Shown here: piece after piece, positions 59,583 through 64,000 of the stretch | Position numbering within the stretch: position 1 is the stretch's first letter | How the letters are laid out: the number at the start of each line of letters is the position of its first letter | Assembly: GCA_965219035.1 (NCBI GenBank) | Contig: CBDCMR010000001.1 | Span: forward strand, 381,529 to 445,528 | DNA: 64,000 nt | Direction of reading: 5' to 3' | DNA from: Longimicrobiales bacterium | GTDB lineage: Bacteria > Gemmatimonadota > Gemmatimonadetes > Longimicrobiales > Gaopeijiaceae | Program-made: the position numbers and the translations under genes | The notes under the pieces: model-generated | The model's database searches: none | What the model saw: only the letters and a program-made list of their open reading frames with translations | What the model was told of the DNA's origin: nothing

Positions 59583-60334
59583 GTGGTGCGAGCTGCCGTC
59601 GGGACGTTTGGCATCGACATCGTGATGGAACAGCCGGCCACGGAAATCTACGCCGAGACCATGACCGCAGCAGCGGACGGGTGGTCGTCCGTTCTCGACG
59701 GAACGGAATGGGAGAGCCGGGACCCTCGGGCATACTGTACGTGGTGGGAGCACAGCGTACCGCTGGCGGGGAGCGGGAACGACTTGGTGATTTGGGCCAG
59801 GCGCGAGACCGATCCTTCCTATCGTCCCGGCGCGGGCGCCTGGAGTTGCCGGCGGGGAGAAGGTCCCGAGACGGAGCCGTCACGCTACTATCCGGTCGCG
59901 GGTCAGGTGACAACCAACGCGCGAGTGCCACACTACTTCGGCAAGCTTGTTTATCATGCGACACGAGATCGGACACGTGCTCGGATTGACGGGTGCTTTC
60001 CCTCCGGCGACGGGCCTGGTGACCGAAGACCGCGAGTACTTCATCGGCCCTAGGGCGGTGGCAGCGTTCCGCCAGGGTGGCGGCGATCCGGACCTTCCCG
60101 GTATTCCTCTTCAGCCGGGGTCGCATTGGGCTAGTGTCGTGACCTCCCGAAGTGATGATCGGCTCCGGTGGCGACCACGACAACTTCCCCGACGAACTCT
60201 CCGTCGCCGCTCTGGCGGATGCGGGCTACGCGGTGGACATGTCGAAAACGACTCCCTGGGTTTGGGTCAACAGGACATCCGCGGCGGCGGCTGAGCCGGT
60301 TAATGACGTTGTAATCCCTTGGCCGGGTCGTTGA
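59583..60334 (+). pseudogene. zinc metalloprotease (HExxH; leishmanolysin/M10-like C-terminus) with two or more frameshifts
   Basis: ...YCTWWEHSVPLAGSGNDLVIWARRETDPSY... | FIMRHEIGHVLGLTGAFPP...GSHWASVV | MMIGSGGDHDNFPDELSVAALADAGYAVDMSKT across three frames. Confidence 0.7.
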
Positions 60335-60789
60335 CCCACTCGTCGTCCCCGCTCTCCCGACCCAGGACTTGAGTTCGTCGGTGTGGGTTGCCTCGGCCTC
60401 ATCGGCGACGTTGCGGGTGATGAGAAACTCGTGGTCATGGAGCATGACCCGCTTCATTCTCCTCATCGAAGGACACGGCGGCTTCCGCGTCGGCGGGGGG
60501 CGCGGGGAACGCTTTGGCTTCGGTTCACGCTGAGGAACGTGTGACACGCGGATGAGTACGCCTGGGCCGCGGTCGGACCCGCTGGCTGAACGGCGTGATA
60601 CCGGGTCGGTTGGGCCGGGCGGTACGGATCGGAGCACCCCACGCCGAGGCGTCCGGCTCCGGCTGCCCGTCTTGCACCTGCGCTCGACGGCGAGGGACTG
60701 GCCTGGCCCCCCTGGTCCGAGTGATGGATCACCGCCTCGGGCCTCCTCTGCCACAGCGCCAGCCGACGCAGTTCCTCGCGCTCCGCCGT

Positions 60790-61050
60790 TGTCAGGCCGT
60801 CACCCGAACTTCTTCTGCGAGATCGCCATGTGGTGGGTATTCTACCCGTTCGCGATCGCGGTGTCCGGCGAATGGCTACACTGGACGGGTCATGGGCTGC
60901 ATCGGGCTGACGCTGTTCATTCCGTCCTTGCGGATGACCGAGGCGTTGTCCGTTGCCAAGTACCCCGGCTACCGCGACTACCAGGCCACGACCTCGGCCT
61001 TGATTCCGCTGCCGCGGGCTGGACGGGCGAAGATGACCCCTAGTACTTGA
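60790..61050 (+). pseudogene. DUF1295 / isoprenylcysteine-carboxyl-methyltransferase-like C-terminal fragment, frameshifted
   Basis: NFFCEIAMWWVFYPFAIAVSGEWLHWTG... | RMTEALSVAKYPGYRDYQATTSALIPLP. Confidence 0.5.
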
Positions 61051-61591
61051 TCATCGAGAAGATGATCGCAGGCACCAGCGGTTCGCCCTCCGGCTGAATC
61101 GCCTCAATGCAGATGTTCGCCTCCGGATTGCTGACGGACATCATGACCTCGACCATGTCACCCGCCTCGAGTGGCACAATGCCCTGCGAGATGATGACGT
61201 CCTTGGCCATGCTCCCCTCGTCCTGGCAGAGCTGGACGTTGGAGTTGGCCACATCGGTCCCGTTGACGCGCAGCCAGAGATCGAAGCAGCCGTAAGGACC
61301 GCCGCCCTCACGACCGACCTGGGGCGCGGCCACGATGAGATACGCTCCGGCTTCGGACACCGTGATCTGGTTGGCCGCAATGGCGACTCCGCTGGCGGCG
61401 TCCGTGATGTCCATGGCGACCACCTCGGGCGCCGTCCCCGGGCACTGCGTCACCGACGAGGAAGCTTGCAGGTAGTGGTCGACGCTTGCCGGGCTCAGGT
61501 CTTCCATGCTCTGGTCCTGCGTGCCCTGCTCGCAGGCGGTCACGCTGAGGAATGCCAGAAGCGCGAAGGATGTGAAGATGGGCTTCCTCAT
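61040..61591 (-). CDS. hypothetical lipoprotein
   Basis: MRKPIFTSFALLAFLSVTACEQG lipobox. ~183 aa. Beta-rich, no family recognised. Confidence 0.4.
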   Translation of the reverse strand: MRKPIFTSFALLAFLSVTACEQGTQDQSMEDLSPASVDHYLQASSSVTQCPGTAPEVVAMDITDAASGVAIAANQITVSEAGAYLIVAAPQVGREGGGPYGCFDLWLRVNGTDVANSNVQLCQDEGSMAKDVIISQGIVPLEAGDMVEVMMSVSNPEANICIEAIQPEGEPLVPAIIFSMIKY

Positions 61592-62584
61592 GGTCTGTGG
61601 TCCCCCCTGGTGATGAGAACTGCTTGGCCCTATTCGGCAAGCGGAGCGCATACCACCGTCGGCTCCCCGGTCGACCCGGGTGGTCATGGTGGCGCTAGTT
61701 ACCTCTATGCTAGGGAGCGACCGTGGAATCCGCAAACCGGGACGCCCCTGTTCGCATCTCGCGTACCACCGTTCGGTTTGCAGCGTGATTCTCTGCACAG
61801 GGTGGCGGGGAAGCGCGACAGGCACGGTGCGCCTTACCTGCCACAGTCAGGTGCTTGCCCACGCATGCGGCTCCAGCTTCAACCGCGATCCTCTCCAGAA
61901 CGGGAGATCCTCTCACGATGCCGAACTGTCAGCACCCACGGGCCCTGCTCGCCCTGGGAGACCTGCTCGCGGCGCCCGCCCCCACCACCGCCCAGTCCCC
62001 GCCACCAGCCGATGCCGCCAGGGCTGACGTTGCGGCCCCCACTGCCAGGGCCGGGCTTGGCGGCTCTCACCGCCACCCCGTCCGGCCCCGCCGCCACCAC
62101 CACCCTCACCCTCCCGGCATCCAGGCTCCCGTCGAGATCATCCGCGACCGGTAGGGGATCAACCACATCTACGCGGAGAATCGAGGGCTTCCCGACATGG
62201 CGTTTGAGACAGCTCCTTGGAGGCGGATCTTGGACGCGGATCGGCGAGGGTCGGTGCCGATCGGCAAGTGCACATGAGACAAATGGGGTGCATGCACACC
62301 GAAAGGCTTGCTTCCATGTGCAGGCCACCGCGTCCGTATGTGGCTGGCGTCCTCGCGCTTCCGGCGCGGGCGCGGGGGGCGCGGTGCCGATCCGGGGCTC
62401 CCGACCAGGGGTCCCGTGCGGGAAGGACATCGAGCGCCGCTGAGCGCGGTGGCGGTGCGGCGGTCAGTCATGAGCGCACCGGCGACGGGGTTCGGGGGGG
62501 CGGGCGCCCCCCGGCCGGCCGCTGCCCCGGGAGCGGCGCGGGAAGCCGGGGTTCGAAGGGGGGCGCAGCATCCCCTTGCCAGAC

Positions 62585-62603
62585 CGCAATGTTCAACATT
62601 GCG
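62585..62603. promoter_or_regulatory. perfect 19-bp palindrome CGCAATGTTCAACATTGCG upstream of IS110-family tnp
   Basis: Lies ~92 bp 5' of the ATG at 62695. IS110-family elements use subterminal palindromes or promoter-forming ends instead of terminal IRs. Confidence 0.35.
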
Positions 62604-62694
62604 ATGGAGTGGACGCCCCCCACACCGGGCGCCATCGTGCGCCGGGTGAGGAGAACGCACACGGGGTGCGTTCGGGACACGAGAGGGGGGATCC

Positions 62695-63093
62695 ATGGAC
62701 AAGGTGGTCAGCATCATCGGTATAGACATCTCGAAGAGGTACTTCCAGCTGCACGGAGCCACTGCGGACGGTGAGCCTGTGCTGCGCAGGAAGCTCACGC
62801 GCTCGAAGCTGCTCGAATTCCTCGCCGGGCAGCCGGTCTGCCAGGTCGTGATGGAAGTGTGCGCGAGCGCCCACCATTGGGGGCGGATGATCCGGGAGCT
62901 CGGCCACGAGGTCCGCCTGATTCCCCCGGTGTACGTGAAGCCTTATGTGAAGAGGCAGAAGAACGATGCCAACGACGCCGGGGCGATCGTCGAGGCGGCC
63001 CAGCGGCCGACGATGCGGTTCGTGGCCGTGAAGACCGAGGAGGAGCAGGCACGCTCGGTGGTGTTCCGGGCCCGGGAGCTGCTGGTGCTGAGC
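62695..63093 (+). mobile_element. tnp: IS110-family transposase N-terminal part, interrupted by IS481 copy C
   Basis: MDKVVSIIGIDISKRYFQLHGATADGEPVLRRKL...QKNDANDAGAIVEAAQRP (DEDD N-domain). The reading frame runs into the IS481 terminus (..LSGKGPG*). Confidence 0.8.
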
Positions 63094-64000
63094 GGTAAAG
63101 GACCTGGGTAACAGTTAAGTCAAGAGACCTGAGTAACAGTTCTCCGTCCTTTGCAAGTGCCTCCAGTTCGTCTCTTCCCTCGTCCGAGGGAGTCGAAGAT
63201 GAGGCGTTTGGGTTCAACAAAGCGTCCTAGCCAGATGGGTCCGAAGTAGACCTCAAAGAGACCGTGGTCAATCTCTTCCAGTCCGACTTCATGCCCAGCG
63301 AAGAGTCGGCCGACGGGCACACGGTCCCCGTACCAGCGGATGCCACCGTTCGTGCTGACGAGCCGGGTCTCGAAGTGGCCCGGATACGTGACCGGGTCGA
63401 GTTGCTTCGGGAAGGGTCGAGGTGAGGGTCGGTAGAGATTGGAGGGCACGGCACCGTCCAACGCCTCGTGAGGCCGGACTTCGTTGTAGAGCTTCCTGAA
63501 TCTTCGAAACGCTTGCTGCTGGGTCCGCATGTTGGAGCTCGGAGGTCGGGTGGTACGCCTCTTTAGCACCAGGTGCATGTTCTCGTGCTTGCCGTTCTGC
63601 TGAGGGCAGCCAGGCTCGATGAGCTCAGGCAGAATGCCCACCTGAATGAACCACACGGACAGCCGAGAGAGACGGCCTAGTGCGTTCGAAGCGAAGGGAG
63701 TGCCGTTGTCCGTACGGATCCGTTCGGGTAGACCGTGTTGGCGAAATAGCCGCGTGAACACTGGGATCACGCCGTCGATTGTCACGTCCGGACGACCCCA
63801 ACACTCCAGTACGAACCTCGAATGCATGTCCTGCACAGTAAGCGGGTAGCACAGCTCACCGTCACCCATCGGGAACTCGCCCTTGAAGTCGGCCGTCCAC
63901 GTCCCGTTCGGTTCAGATGCGTTGGTATCGGGTCGACCCGGGTGCCAGCGGCGCACCCTTCGCCGACGCCTCGGCACCAGGTCGTGACGCACCAGGATGT
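63094..64000 (-). mobile_element. tnp: IS481-family insertion sequence, copy C (inverted; transposase 63120..>64000, runs off window)
   Basis: + strand begins GGTAAAGGACCTGGGTAACAGTTAAGTCAAGAGACC, the RC of the copy A/B right end. Protein identical to copy B over ~290 aa. Confidence 0.85.

Noticed and set aside
1-64000. CRISPR array
   Set aside because: No regularly spaced short direct repeats seen. The only tandem structures are protein-coding (Calx-beta modules, collagen GPx repeats) or IS ends.

Overview
This is a high-GC (~67%) bacterial window, possibly Gemmatimonadota- or Acidobacteria-like judging by the SusC-type TonB receptor and Calx-beta protein. It is a mosaic of mobile and accessory DNA with one housekeeping stretch. 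Everything below is from manual six-frame reading, with no database searches.

- **1-7.4 kb:** The right end of an integrative island. A P4-type tyrosine integrase sits downstream of a Phd/YefM-like antitoxin gene and a complete Type I R-M operon, hsdR-hsdM-hsdS. hsdS runs off the window start and starts with GTG, so it is missing from the ORF track. I recovered it by manual reverse-strand translation.
- **8.5-14.4 kb:** A SusC-like TonB-dependent receptor, a frameshifted DUF336 gene, and a Calx-beta repeat adhesin. The adhesin's 5' end is replaced by a fragment of a winged-helix replication-relaxation-like gene. A longer copy of that gene lies at 58.7-59.5 kb.
- **14.9-22.5 kb:** An AlpA-like regulator followed by a conjugative T4SS block: TrbC, TrbD, TrbE/VirB4, VirB9, VirB10, TrbJ, TrbL and TrbF. 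It lacks VirB11, VirD4 and a relaxase. It ends abruptly at ~22.54 kb against a convergent, C-terminally truncated OLD/PtuA-like AAA ATPase.
- **23.7-37.9 kb:** Chromosomal-looking genes, all on the minus strand: amt-glnK-glnA, a flotillin, an RsbW/RsbV partner-switching pair, an isochorismatase-like / APH-like kinase / NUDT9-like Nudix tri-domain protein, an IMPase, a truncated haemoglobin overlapping a PAS-PP2C phosphatase, a secreted HpcH aldolase and a membrane-sensor PP2C.
- **38-64 kb:** An IS graveyard.
  - Insertion sequences: two different IS6 elements and three near-identical IS481-family copies. The IS481 copies are inserted into an IS6 tnp, next to a collagen/HEPN locus, and into an IS110 tnp. 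There are also IS3 elements and fragments, and an IS110.
  - Recombination module: an integrase plus an Xis-like gene.
  - Cargo: squalene/phytoene synthase and ispH.
  - Remnants: LOG, Tsx-like, metalloprotease and DUF1295.
  - A ~90-bp GC-rich palindromic element occurs twice in inverted orientation.

At least ten genes need a 1-nt frame change to read through. This points to systematic indel error, probably a long-read or metagenome assembly, more than to pseudogenes. Gene boundaries are approximate.
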